In this document: piece by piece, positions 1-14,829 of the stretch
Numbering within the stretch: position 1 is the stretch's first letter
Layout: the number at the start of each line of letters is the position of its first letter
Source of the DNA: Takakia lepidozioides
Taxonomy: Eukaryota > Plantae > Bryophyta
DNA length: 64,000 nucleotides
Assembly (NCBI GenBank): GCA_030704615.1
Contig: CM060734.1
Span: 5,084,001 to 5,148,000, forward strand
Reading direction: 5' to 3'
Made by a program: the position numbers and the translations under genes
Notes under the pieces: generated by a model
Databases searched by the model: none
Told to the model about the DNA's origin: nothing
The model's input: the letters and a program-made list of their open reading frames with translations, nothing else

Positions 1-3000
1 TGAAGTCTGGGATTTGTCATAAAGCTGACTTGTGAATGAAGAATGGTTGATAATGAGGCTGATTCGTCGTTAATTTTACAATGACCTTGTCAGGTCTTTG
101 TCCATGTCTCGACGAGACATAAGTATCTTCCCTCTCTGATTTAGACCAGTGTACTTGGTGGTTCTTGTACACATTATCAACCAATCTCCCTTCTGTTTTC
201 AGTTTTATGTTTGATTTACTAACACCTTGGTCTGAGCATGACAAAAGGTTATCAATATATGTTCCTGATCGAAGTGATGAACCCAAGGCAATGGGAAGGC
301 CAAAGCCATGAGATATCAGCCTCCTCTCCCGCCATGACCATGGTGTGGAGCAAGCAAGTCCTTCATAAGGTAAGATCTTCTCCAGCAAAAATATGTTGGC
401 TAATTGGTCATGGAGAGTAAGGCATCCTTGAAGGTACCTGAGATAAGCATAGAACATCTATAGGGCTTCTGAATGCTGAAATTTTGAGCTAGGCCTTGGT
501 AAGACAGCTTGCTGGAGTAGACGTGTACACCTTATACATGATCCGGTCAATGCACATTACTCTTGTTTGCCGGTCCCCTGTAGCCGATGCCTTATGTCAG
601 ATTTAGATACCTCATGATAAGAACGAGTTCCATTTCTTTGGCTCAAATGTTTCCATGTTTCTCCTGGTTATGGCTTTGCTCTTTATAGCACCATAAAAAA
701 AATACCCAATTATGATGTGCTGCTGGTAGATGTTTTGTCTGAATATAACCAGGCGGTAAACCCCTGCCAGACTTCATCACCCAAGTCCCAATACCTGCCC
801 CCTTTGGTTTTGTACACCCAAAACAAGGGGTGGGTAAACACTAAAAGTCTGATATAAGATTTCCCGATTGTTACTTTATGACAATCATTAGGGCGACTAT
901 CTCTTGTTCCCTATGGCATACTGATGTGACAATGGAGCGACGATATGACAAGCTGATGGCTTTAAAGAGATCTGGTAACATGCTACAATGTAGGGCAGAC
1001 CTGTTTTCATGACCAGACAGTGTTCTTGAATGTACAAGCATTGGAAACTTAGCCTCTTTTAGAAGCTGGTTACTTTAGGACACTTGATACCATGCCAAAC
1101 TGATATGGATGGATCTTTCGTGGCCAAATCCGGTCCTTGGTTATATGCCCTCGAATGTTTACCTATTTTCCAAAACGGTAAGACATTGGTAGACGTGAAG
1201 AGAATGATTCAGGCATTGTATTCAAGTTGCTTTAGGATAAATAGTACCAAAGTAACCTGCAGGCCCGATGGGATGAGCAATTCAGATTCTTTGTGTTTCC
1301 TATGGATGATTGCATGGCATGTAAATCTGATTACAGCCTGTTATGGTAATGATTTCCCTACCCCAGACATAGAACTTGGTCTTGGGGCATGGAATAAGAG
1401 GTGGGAATATTACTCTACCCTACCATTGAAATTACACACCAGCCCCAGATCTAAAACAGATCATGGGGCAAAAAACATGGTGTCAATAAGTGACTTGATG
1501 TGCGAAATAGGGCAGCTGATTACACCCCGTTGTATAAGCTGCCAAATATTCAGTCCGTAACCCTGCTTTGGTGATGTTCTCTATGTAAAGAAATGCTCTT
1601 ATTTTGTTCTTACGCCTTCTACGATCATAAATGGCTTCTTTAAGACCAACAGACATTTCCAGCCATGAACAGTGATCAATGGATCTTTTATTTGGACATG
1701 GATACTTACTGCTCAGTCACTTTGGTATGTCCAATGATACAAAGAACCCAAAACTATACTAGTTCTTGGGCCAACAATAAATTAGGATGGTTGGTTATGC
1801 CTTGGTATGTAAGCTGACCAAAAAATACAGACCGAATGACATGGCATGTCATGAATGGCACTTTTTAGCATGCTGAACAACGGTTTCCTGCTATGAACAG
1901 TGGTAATTGAGTCTCTCATTTTTCCCACCCAGAGACTTCATTGACTTTGAAGTCTGGGATTTGTCATAAAGCTGACTTGTGAATGAAGAATGGTTGATAA
2001 TGAGGCTGATTCGTCGTTAATTTTACAATGACCTTGTCAGGTCTTTGTCCATGTCTCGACGAGACATAAGTATCTTCCCTCTCTGATTTAGACCAGTGTA
2101 CTTGGTGGTTCTTGTACACATTATCAACCAATCTCCCTTCTGTTTTCAGTTTTATGTTTGATTTACTAACACCTTGGTCTGAGCATGACAAAAGGTTATC
2201 AATATATGTTCCTGATCGAAGTGATGAACCCAAGGCAATGGGAAGGCCAAAGCCATGAGATATCAGCCTCCTCTCCCGCCATGACCATGGTGTGGAGCAA
2301 GCAAGTCCTTCATAAGGTAAGATCTTCTCCAGCAAAAATATGTTGGCTAATTGGTCATGGAGAGTAAGGCATCCTTGAAGGTACCTGAGATAAGCATAGA
2401 ACATCTATAGGGCTTCTGAATGCTGAATTTTGAGCTAGGCCTTGGTAAGACAGCTTGCTGGAGTAGACGTGTACACCTTAACATGATCCGGTCAATGCAC
2501 ATTACTCTTGTTTGCCGGTCCCCTGTAGCCGATGCCTTATGTCAGATTTAGATACCTCATGATAAGAACGAGTTCCATTTCTTTGGCTCAAATGTTTCCA
2601 TGTTTCTCCTGGTTATGGCTTTGCTCTTATAGCACCATAAAAAAAATACCCAATTATGATGTGCTGCTGGTAGATGTTTTGTCTGAATATAACCAGGCGG
2701 TAAACCCCTGCCAGACTTCATCACCCAAGTCCCAATACCTGCCCCCTTTGGTTTTGTACACCCAAACAAGGGGTGGGTAAACACTAAAAGTCTGATATAA
2801 GATTTCCCGATTGTTACTTTATGACAATCATTAGGGCGACTATCTCTTGTTCCCTATGGCATACTGATGTGACAATGGAGCGACGATATGACAAGCTGAT
2901 GGCTTTAAAGAGATCTGGTAACATGCTACAATGTAGGGCAGACCTGTTTTCATGACCAGACAGTGTTCTTGAATGTACAAGCATTGGAAACTTAGCCTCT

Positions 3001-6000
3001 TTTAGAAGCTGGTTACTTTAGGACACTTGATACCATGCCAAACTGATATGGATGGATCTTTCGTGGCCAAATCCGTCCTTGGTTTATATGCCCTCGAATG
3101 TTTACCTATTTTCCAAACGGTAAGACATTGGTAGACGTGAAAGAATGATTCAGGCATTGTATTCAAGTTGCTTTAGGAAAATAGTACCAAAGTAACCTGC
3201 AGGCCCGATGGATGAGCAATTCAGATTCTTTGTGTTTCCTATGGATGATTGCATGGCATGTAAATCTGATTACAGCCTGTTATGGTAATGATTTCCCTAC
3301 CCCAGACATAGAACTGGTCTTGGGGCATGGAATAAGAGGTTGGAATATTACTCTACCCTACCATTGAAATTACACACCAGCCCCAGATCTAAAACAATCA
3401 TGGGGCAAAAACATGGTGTCATAAGTGGACTTGATGTGCGAAATAGGGCAGCTGATTACACCCCGTTGTATAAGCCTGCAAATATTCAGTCCTAACCCTG
3501 CTTTGGTGATGTTCTCTATGTAAAGAAATGCTCTTATTTTGTTCTTACGCCTTCTACGATCATAAATGGCTTCTTTAAGTTCAAGACCAACAGACATTTC
3601 CAGCCATGAACAGTGATCAATGGATCTTTTATTTGGACATGGATACTTACTGCTCAGTCACTTGGTATGTCCAATGATACAAAGAACCCAAAACTATACT
3701 AGTTCGTGGGCCAACAATAATTAGGATGGTTGGTTATGCTTGGTATGTAAGCTGACCAAAAAATACAGACCGAATGACATGGCATGTCATGAATGGCACT
3801 TTTAGCATGCTGAACAACGGTTCCTGCTATGAACAGTGGTAATTGAGTCTCTCATTTTTCCCACCCAGAGACTTCATTGACTTTGAAGTCTGGGATTTGT
3901 CATAAAGCTGACTTGTGAATGAAGAATGGTTGATAATGAGGCTGATTCGTCGTTAATTTTACAATGACCTTGTCAGGTCTTTGTCCATGTCTCGACGAGA
4001 CATACGTATCTTCCTCTCTGATTTAGACCAGTGTACTTGGTGTTCTTGTACACATTATCACCAATCTCCTCTGTTTCAGTTTTATGTTTGATTTACTAAC
4101 ACCTTGGTCTGAGCATGACAAAGGTTATCAATATATGTTCCTGATCGAAGTGATGAACCCAAGGCAATGGGAAGGCCAAAGCCATGAGATATCAAGCCTC
4201 CTCTCCCGCCATGACCATGGTGTGGAGCAAGCAAGTCCTTCATAAGGTAAGATCTTCTCCAGCAAAAATATGTTGGCTAATTGGTCATGGAGAGTAAGGC
4301 CATCCTTGAAGGTACCTGAGATAAGCATAGAACATCTATAGGGCTTCTGAATGCTGAATGTTGAGCTAGGCCTTGGTAAGACAGCTTGCTGGAGTAGAAC
4401 GTGTACACCTTACATGATCCGGTCAATGCACATTACTCTTGTTTCCGGTCCCCTGTTAGCCGATGCCTTATGTCAGATTAGATACCTCATGATAAGAACG
4501 AGTTCCATTTCTTTGGCTCAAATGTTTCCATGTTTCTCCTGGTTATGGCTTTGGCTCTTTATAGCACCATAAAAAAATACCCAATTATGATGTGCTGCTG
4601 GTAGATGTTTTTGGTCTGAATATCCAGGCTGTAAACCCCTGCCAGACTTCATCACCCCAGTCCCCATACCTGCCCCCTTGGGTTTGTACACCCAAACAAG
4701 GGGTGGGTAACACTAAAAGTCTGATATAAGATTTCCCGATTGTTACTTTATGACAATCATTAGGGCGACTATCTCTTGTTCCCTATGGCATACTGATGTG
4801 ACAATGGAGCGACGATATGACAAGCTGATGGCTTTAAGAGATCTGGTACCATGCTACAATGTAGGGCAGACCTGTTTTCATGACAGACAAGTTCTTGAAT
4901 GTACAAGCATTGGAAACTTAGCCTCTTTTAGAAGCTGGTTACTTTAGGACACTGATACCATGCCAAACTGATATGGATGGATCTTTCGTGGCCAACTCCG
5001 GTCCTTGGTTATATGCCCCTCGAATGTTTACCTATTTTCCAAAACGGTAAGACAATGTAGACGTGAAGAGAAGATTCAGGCATGTATTCAAGTTGCTTTA
5101 GGATAAATAGTACCAAAGTAACCTGGCAGGCCCGATGGGATGAGCAGTCAGATTCTTTTGTTCCTATGGATTCTTTGTGTTTCCTATGGATGATTGCATG
5201 GCATGTAAATCTGATTACAGCCTGTTATGGTAATGATTTCCCTACCCCAGACATAGAACTTGGTCTTGGGGCATGGAATAAGAGGTGGGAATATTACTCT
5301 ACCCTACCATTGAAATTACACACCAGCCCCAGATCTAAAACAGATCATGGGGCAAAAAACATGGTGTCAATAAGTGACTTGATGTGCGAAATAGGGCAGC
5401 TGATTACACCCGTTGTATAAGCTGCCAAATATTCAGTCCGTAACCCTGCTTTGGTGATGTTCTCTATGTAAAGAAATGCTCTTATTTTGTTCTTACGCCT
5501 TCTACGATCATAAATGGCTTCTTTAAGACCAACAGACATTTCCAGCCATGAACAGTGATCAATGGATCTTTTATTTGGACATGGATACTTACTGCTCAGT
5601 CACTTTGGTATGTCCAATGATACAAAGAACCCAAAACTATACTAGTTCTTGGGCCAACAATAAATTAGGATGGTTGGTTATGCCTTGGTATGTAAGCTGA
5701 CCAAAAAATACAGACCGAATGACATGGCATGTCATGAATGGCACTTTTTAGCATGCTGAACAACGGTTTCCTGCTATGAACAGTGGTAATTGAGTCTCTC
5801 ATTTTTCCCACCCAGAGACTTCATTGACTTTGAAGTCTGGGATTTGTCATAAAGCTGACTTGTGAATGAAGAATGGTTGATAATGAGGCTGATTCGTCGT
5901 TAATTTTACAATGACCTTGTCAGGTCTTTGTCCATGTCTCGACGAGACATAAGTATCTTCCCTCTCTGATTTAGACCAGTGTGTACTTGGTGGTTCTTGT

Positions 6001-9000
6001 ACACATTATCAACCAATCTCCCTTCTGTTTTCAGTTTTATGTTTGATTTACTAACACCTTGGTCTGAGCATGACAAAAGGTTATCAATATATGTTCCTGA
6101 TCGAAGTGATGAACCCAAGGCAATGGGAAGGCCAAAGCCATGAGATATCAGCCTCCTCTCCCGCCATGACCATGGTGTGGAGCAAGCAAGTCCTTCATAA
6201 GGTAAGATCTTCTCCAGCAAAAAATATGTTGGCTAATTGGTCATGGAGAGTAAGGCATCCTTGAAGGTACCTGAGATAAGCATAGAACATCTATAGGGCT
6301 TCTGAATGCTGAAATTTTGAGCTAGGCCTTGGTAAGACAGCTTGCTGGAGTAGACGTGTACACCTTATACATGATCCGGTCAATGCACATTACTCTTGTT
6401 TGCCGGTCCCCTGTAGCCGATGCCTTATGTCAGATTTAGATACCTCATGATAAGAACGAGTTCCATTTCTTTGGCTCAAATGTTTCCATGTTTCTCCTGG
6501 TTATGGCTTTGCTCTTTATAGCACCATAAAAAAAATACCCAATTATGATGTGCTGCTGGTAGTAGATGTTTTGTCTGAATATAACCAGGCGGTAAAACCC
6601 CTGCCAGACTTCATCACCCAAGTCCCAATACCTGCCCCTTTGGTTTTGTACACCCAAAACAAGGGGTGGGTAAACACTAAAAGTCTGATATAAGATTTCC
6701 CGATTGTTACTTTATGACAATCATTAGGGCGACTATCTCTTGTTCCCTATGGCATACTGATGTGACAATGGAGCGACGATATATGACAAGCTGATGGCTT
6801 TAAAGAGATCTGGTAACATGCTACAATGTAGGGCTGACCTGTTTTCATGACCAGACAGTGTTCTTGAATGTACAAGCATTGGAAACTTAGCCTCTTTTAG
6901 AAGCTGGTTACTTTAGGACACTTGATACCATGCCAAACTGATATGGATGGATCTTTCGTGGCCAAATCCGGTCCTTGGTTATATGCCCTCGAATGTTTAC
7001 CTATTTTCCAAAACGGTAAGACATTGGTAGACGTGAAGAGAATGATTCAGGCATTGTATTCAAGTTGCTTTAGGATAAATAGTACCAAAGTAACCTGCAG
7101 GCCCGATGGGATGAGCAATTCAGATTCTTTGTGTTTCCTATGGATGATTGCATGGCATGTAAATCTGATTACAGCCTGTTATGGTAATGATTTCCCTACC
7201 CCAGACATAGAACTTGGTCTTGGGGCATGGAATAAGAGGTGGGAATTACTCTACCCTACCATTGAAATTACACACCAGCCCCAGATCTAAAACAGATCAT
7301 GGGGCAAAAAACATGGTGTCAATAAGTGACTTGATGTGCGAAATAGGGCAGCTGATTACACCCCGTTGTATAAGCTGCCAAATATTCAGTCCGTAACCCT
7401 GCTTTGGTGATGTTCTCTATGTAAAGAAATGCTCTTATTTTGTTCTTACGCCTTCTACGATCATAAATGGCTTCTTTAAGACCAACAGACATTTCCAGCC
7501 ATGAACAGTGATCAATGGATCTTTTATTTGGACATGGATACTTACTGCTCAGTCACTTTGGTATGTCCAATGATACAAAGAACCCAAAACTATACTAGTT
7601 CTTGGGCCAACAATAAATTAGGATGGTTGGTTATGCCTTGGTATGTAAGCTGACCAAAAAAATACAGACCGAATGACATGGCATGTCATGAATGGCACTT
7701 TTTAGCATGCTGAACAACGGTTTCCTGCTATGAACAGTGGTAATTGAGTCTCTCATTTTTCCCACCCAGAGACTTCATTGACTTTGAAGTCTGGGATTTG
7801 TCATAAAGCTGACTTGTGAATGAAGAATGGTTGATAATGAGGCTGATTCGTCGTTAATTTTACAATGACCTTGTCAGGTCTTTGTCCATGTCTCGACGAG
7901 ACATAAGTATCTCCCTCTCTGATTTAGACCAGTGTACTTGGTGGTTCTTGTACACATTATCAACCAATCTCCCTTCTGTTTTCAGTTTTTATGTTTGATT
8001 TACTAAACCTTGGTCTGAGCATGACACAAAAGGTTATCAAATATGTTCCTGATCGAAGTGATGAACCCAAGGCAATGGGAAGGCCAAAGCCATGAGATAT
8101 CAGCCTCCTCTCCCGCCATGACCATGGTGTGGAGCAAGCAAGTCCTTCATAAGGTAAGATCTTCTCCAGCAAAAATATGTTGGCTAATTGGTCATGGGAG
8201 AGTAAGGCATCCTTGAAGGTACCTGAGATAAGCATAGAACATCTATAGGGCTTCTGAATGCTGAAATTTTGAGCTAGGCCTTGGTAAGACAGCTTGCTGG
8301 AGTAGACGTGTACACCTTATACATGATCCGGTCAATGCACATTACTCTTGTTTGCCGGTCCCCTGTAGCCGATGCCTTATGTCAGATTTAGATACCTCAT
8401 GATAAGAACGAGTTCCATTTCTTTGGCTCAAATGTTTCCATGTTTCTCCTGGTTATGGCTTTGCTCTTTATAGCACCATAAAAAAAATACCCAATTATGA
8501 TGTGCTGCTGGTAGATGTTTTGTCTGAATATAACCAGGCGGTAAACCCTGCCAGACTTCATCACCCAAGTCCCAATACCTGCCCCCTTTGGTTTTGTACA
8601 CCCAAAACAAGGGGTGGGTAAACACTAAAAGTCTGATATAAGATTTCCCGATTGTTACTTATGACAATCATTAGGGCGACTATCTCTTGTTCCCTATGGC
8701 ATACTGATGTGACAATGGAGCGACGATATGACAAGCTGATGGCTTTAAAGAGATCTGGTAACATGCTACAATGTAGGGCTGACCTGTTTTCATGACCAGA
8801 CAGTGTTCTTGAATGTACAAGCATTGGAAACTTAGCCTCTTTTAGAAGCTGGTTACTTTAGGACACTTGATACCATGCCAAACTGATATGGATGGATCTT
8901 TCGTGGCCAAATCCGGTCCTTGGTTATATGCCCTCGAATGTTTACCTATTTTCCAAAACGGTAAGACATGGTAGACGTGAAGAGAATGATTCAGGCATTG

Positions 9001-10773
9001 TATTCAAGTTGCTTTAGGATAAATAGTACCAAAGTAACCTGCAGGCCCGATGGGATGAGCAATTCAGATTCTTTGTGTTTCCTATGGATGATTGCATGGC
9101 ATGTAAATCTGATTACAGCCTGTTATGGTAATGATTTCCCTACCCCAGACATAGAACTTGGTCTTGGGGCATGGAATAAGAGGTGGGAATATTACTCTAC
9201 CCTACCATTTGAAATTACACACCAGCCCCAGATCTAAAACAGATCATGGGGCAAAAAACATGGTGTCAATAAGTGACTTGATGTGCGAAATAGGGCAGCT
9301 GATTACACCCCGTTGTATAAGCTGCCAAATATTCAGTCCGTAACCCTGCTTTGGTGATGTTCTCTATGTAAAAGAAATGCTTTATTTTGTTCTTACGCCC
9401 TTCTACGATCATAAATGGCTTCTTTAAGACCAACAGACATTTCCAGCCATGAACAGTGATCAATGGATCTTTTATTTGGACATGGATACTTACTGCTCAG
9501 TCACTTTGGTATGTCCAATGATACAAAGAACCCAAAACTATACTAGTTCTTGGGCCAACAATAAATTAGGATGGTTGGTTATGCCTTGGTATGTAAGCTG
9601 ACCAAAAAATACAGACCGAATGACATGGCATGTCATGAATGGCACTTTTTAGCATGCTGAACAACGGTTTCCTGCTATGAACAGTGGTAATTGAGTCTCT
9701 CATTTTTCCCACCCAGAGACTTCATTGACTTTGAAGTCTGGGATTTGTCATAAAGCTGACTTGTGAATGAAGAATGGTTGATAATGAGGCTGATTCGTCG
9801 TTAATTTTACAATGACCTTGTCAGGTCTTTGTCCATGTCTCGACGAGACATAAGTATCTTCCCTCTCTGATTTAGACCAGTGTACTTGGTGGTTCTTGTA
9901 CACATTATCAACCAATCTCCCTTCTGTTTTCAGTTTTATGTTTGATTTACTAACACCTTGGTCTGAGCATGACAAAAGGTTATCAATATATGTTCCTGAT
10001 CGAAGTGATGAACCCAAGGCAATGGGAAGGCCAAGCCATGAGATATCAGCCTCCTCTCCCGCCATGACCATGGTGTGGAGCAAGCAAGTCCTTCATAAGG
10101 TAAGATCTTCTCCAGCAAAAATATGTTGGCTAATGGTCATGGAGAGTAAGGCATCTTGAAGGTACCTGAGATAAGCATAGAACATCTATAGGGCTTCTGA
10201 ATGCTGAAATTTTGAGCTAGGCCTTGGTAAGACAGCTTGCTGGAGTAGACGTGTACACCTTATACATGATCCGGTCAATGCACATTACTCTTGTTTGCCG
10301 GTCCCCTGTAGCCGATGCCTTATGTCAGATTTAGATACCTCATGATAAGAACGAGTTCCATTCTTTGGCTCAAATGTTTCCATGTTTCTCCTGGTTATGG
10401 CTTTGCTCTTTATAGCACCATAAAAAAAATACCCAATTATGATGTGCTGCTGGTAGATGTTTTGTCTGAATATAAACAGGCGGTAAACCCCTGCCAGACT
10501 TCATCACCCAAGTCCCAATACCTGCCCCCTTTGGTTTGTACACCCAAAACAAGGGGTGGGTAAACACTAAAAGTCTGATATAAGATTTCCCGATTGTTAC
10601 TTTATGACAATCATTAGGGCGACTATCTCTTGTTCCCTATGGCATACTGATGTGACAATGGAGCGACGATATGACAAGCTGATGGCTTTAAAGAGATCTG
10701 GTAACATGCTACAATGTAGGGCTGACTGTTTTCATGACCAGACAGTGTTCTTGAATGTACAAGCATTGGAAAC
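1..10773. repeat. Tandem array A, ~1947-bp unit, about 5.5 copies visible (probably continues left of the window)
   Basis: TGAAGTCTGGGATTTG recurs at 1, 1948, 3884, 5831, 7785 and 9732. The same ORF fragments recur in the ORF track. The array stops at ...GCATTGGAAAC (10773). Confidence 0.98.
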
Positions 10774-12480
10774 ACATTGCTGCCAATGTTCTTATTCACA
10801 TGTTCATGTTGTGAATCACGGGCACTGCCACTGGCCGAAGAACACAAGTTCTTATTCATACCTTTGGAAAAACGGTTCTAACCATAAAGTTGGCTGATAT
10901 GGTGGAAAAATGTGCAGTAATTTACTGCCATCGGTTGAAGAACACCTGTAATTTCTGAACTCTTGCATGCCCAGCTATATGAATGTTTTGTCCATATTTT
11001 CTCTTGACTTGGGAAGCAGAGACTGTAGCTTTTTAACCGAAGATAAAACTACATGGCACGGAGATCCTTCCTTGGTCTCTACTTCTTTACAAGAGCTCGT
11101 TGACAAGATAAGAGGTAACATGGAAAACGCATGACTCTATATTCTTGCCAAGTTTGATTTATGCTATGCCAATGTTCACTCGTGATCTGAGGGCAGAGAG
11201 AATGTAGACCTTTTATCTTTTTGGTATTTAAGTCCAAGGATAGAACTACATTGTAGAGGGAGAGCCTTATGAGAATGGGTCTGGTATGCACTCCCTTACG
11301 GGGTGAGTGCATACCACACTCACTCCATAAGAGACTGCCATACCAAGGGTTGGATGGTGGGCGCCCCCTCTCTCCCTCTCTCCAATTATCTGTTTGGGAT
11401 TAACAATTTTTTCCCTAAGCCTACCTGGTTTGGAAATACCTTCTTTCTAATCCCTAATGGAATATGTCTTGAATTTCATCCATACCGGATGAAAAAATGC
11501 CAGGTATAATCCCTAACTGGATGAATTATTGTCTTGAGCTTTACCACTAAGGATGTAGCCTGCAATTTTTCATCCATGACGGATTACATCCATCCTGGAT
11601 GTTACCCTAACGGATGCAACTCTAATGAAGTGCAAAATTTCATCCCAGTGGATGAAATCACGGGATGGTTTGCTAACCGCCTCTCTGCCCTAAGCACGGC
11701 ACGATACTCGTGCTTGTTTTTCTTTGGAGGATGGCGATGGCGGCTGAGCTGAGTGCTCGAGCATCACGATGCGCGTGCATTTTGTTTTTTCTTGCGCGAT
11801 GGCGGCAGGCTCTTCCATTTCCCGCACTGGCAAATGACCTACTGTTGTGTTTGCCTGCAATCTTTCTTATTCATGAAGCAGCGGCGCTCATAAGGTGATG
11901 GGGGAAGTATGATGCACTTTGTAAATATGCACTTTGTCCTCAAGTATCCCAATTTGTTGCATTCTGCTGTGATCTCTTGAGATTCAGGTGTTGAATGCCG
12001 CAGCGTCCCACTCCACAAACGATCAAAGTTCTCTGTGGTGTCGCATCTATGTTTTACTTTTGATCAATTTGCTCACTGTAGAATGCATGTTGGACATGGA
12101 TAGCAACTGTGAAGACCTGCTACTCACCTCGTGCATCCTCACTAACACACATCTTGATGTGGTGGTTTTTGGGACGGGCACGGGTGAGGGTCTTCACTCG
12201 ATGTGTATTTTTTCAGTTTGCAGATGATCAAAGGACTTGGCGATGGTTGTCTTGGAAATCCCACCCTCCCACCCTAATTTTTCATGTGTTTTTAGGAAGA
12301 TGCCATGAGTTTTTATCAGGTAAGATGCTGCCTATGGAAGGTGAAGTTAGATAGTGCCTTGTTATGAGGCTGATTTGTCGTTAATTTGACAAAGACCTTG
12401 TTTGGTCTCGTCCATGTCCCGACCAGACATAGTATCTTCCCTCTCTATTCTTGACCAGTGTACTTAGTGGTTTCTGTACA

Positions 12481-12524
<44 letters not shown>

Positions 12525-14777
12525 TGCCATTTTCCAGTTTTCTTTACTATGATGTACTAACACCTTTAATGGCTTTTGCAGAGGTCTAGGACAGCCATGG
12601 GGTATCAGCCCCCTATACCTCCATAACAATAGTGTGGAGCAACAAATCCCTCATAAGGTATGATGATCCTCTCCAACAAAAATTTGTTGGCGGATTGGAC
12701 AACGAGAGAAAGACATTGCTGATATTACTTGAAGAACATCTAAGGGTTTCTTGCATACTGATAGTATGAGCTAGGCCCGGGTAAAACAGCCTGTTAGAGT
12801 ATGTGTGTACACCTTCTACATGATCCGGTCGATGCACATTACTCCTGTTAACTGGTAACCTGTAGTTGATGCCTTATGTCAGCATCAGATCCCTTGTGAT
12901 GAAAAGCCTTCCCTACTCGTGGGCTTTAATACTTCTCCTGGATGTGGGTTTGCTCTTTATAGCACCACTAAAAAAATGCGCAGGTGTAACATGATATGTC
13001 CTTTTTCATACCTTAAGGAAATCTGGTTTTTAAACCATAAAGCTGGCTGATATGGTGAAAAGATGGGCAGCACATTGCTGCCAATGTTCTTATTCACATG
13101 TTCATGTTGTGAATCACGGGCACTGCCACTGGCCGAAGAACACAAGTTCTTATTCATACCTTTGGAAAAACGGTTCTAACCATAAAGTTGGCTGATATGG
13201 TGGAAAAATGTGCAGTAATTTACTGCCATCGGTTGAAGAACACCTGTAATTTCTGAACTCTTGCATGCCCAGCTATATGAATGTTTTGTCCATATTTTCT
13301 CTTGACTTGGGAAGCAGAGACTGTAGCTTTTTAACCGAAGATAAAACTACATGGCACGGAGATCCTTCCTTGGTCTCTACTTCTTTACAAGAGCTCGTTG
13401 ACAAGATAAGAGGTAACATGGAAAACGCATGACTCTATATTCTTGCCAAGTTTGATTTATGCTATGCCAATGTTCACTCGTGATCTGAGGGCAGAGAGAA
13501 TGTAGACCTTTTATCTTTTTGGTATTCAAGTCCAAGGATAGAACTACATTGTAGAGGGAGAGCCTTATGAGAATGGGTCTGGTATGCACTCCCTTACGGG
13601 GTGAGTGCATACCACACTCACTCCATAAGAGACTGCCATACCAAGGGTTGGATGGTGGGCGCCCCCTCTCTCCCTCTCTCCAATTATCTGTTTGGGATTA
13701 ACAATTTTTTCCCTAAGCCTACCTGGTTTGGAAATACCTTCTTTCTAATCCCTAATGGAATATGTCTTGAATTTCATCCATACCGGATGAAAAAATGCCA
13801 GGTATAATCCCTAACTGGATGAATTATTGTCTTGAGCTTTACCACTAAGGATGTAGCCTGCAATTTTTCATCCATGACGGATTACATCCATCCTGGATGT
13901 TACCCTAACGGATGCAACTCTAATGAAGTGCAAAATTTCATCCCAGTGGATGAAATCACGGGATGGTTTGCTAACCGCCTCTCTGCCCTAAGCACGGCAC
14001 GATACTCGTGCTTGTTTTCTTTGGAGGATGGCGATGGCGGCTGAGCTGAGTGCTCGAGCATCACGATGCGCGTGCATTTTGTTTTTTCTTGCGCGATGGC
14101 GGCAGGCTCTTCCATTTCCCGCACTGGCAAATGACCTACTGTTGTGTTTGCCTGCAATCTTTCTTATTCATGAAGCAGCGGCGCTCATAAGGTGATGGGG
14201 GAAGTATGATGCACTTTGTAAATATGCACTTTGTCCTCAAGTATCCCAATTTGTTGCATTCTGCTGTGATCTCTTGAGATTCAGGTGTTGAATGCCGCAG
14301 CGTCCCACTCCACAAACGATCAAAGTTCTCTGTGGTGTCGCATCTATGTTTTACTTTTGATCAATTTGCTCACTGTAGAATGCATGTTGGACATGGATAG
14401 CAACTGTGAAGACCTGCTACTCACCTCGTGCATCCTCACTAACACACATCTTGATGTGGTGGTTTTTGGGACGGGCACGGGTGAGGGTCTTCACTCGATG
14501 TGTATTTTTTCAGTTTGCAGATGATCAAAGGACTTGGCGATGGTTGTCTTGGAAATCCCACCCTCCCACCCTAATTTTTCATGTGTTTTTAGGAAGATGC
14601 CATGAGTTTTTATCAGGTAAGATGCTGCCTATGGAAGGTGAAGTTAGATAGTGCCTTGTTATGAGGCTGATTTGTCGTTAATTTGACAAAGACCTTGTTT
14701 GGTCTCGTCCATGTCCCGACCAGACATAGTATCTTCCCTCTCTATTCTTGACCAGTGTACTTAGTGGTTTCTGTACA

Positions 14778-14829
<52 letters not shown>

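Noticed and set aside
17-457. Repeated 146-aa (minus) and 158-aa (plus, 1084-1560) ORFs as a tandem gene family
   Set aside because: No recognisable domain, broken in other copies, and the 146-aa ORF is also broken in the homologous B unit. Recurrence is explained by the DNA repeat.
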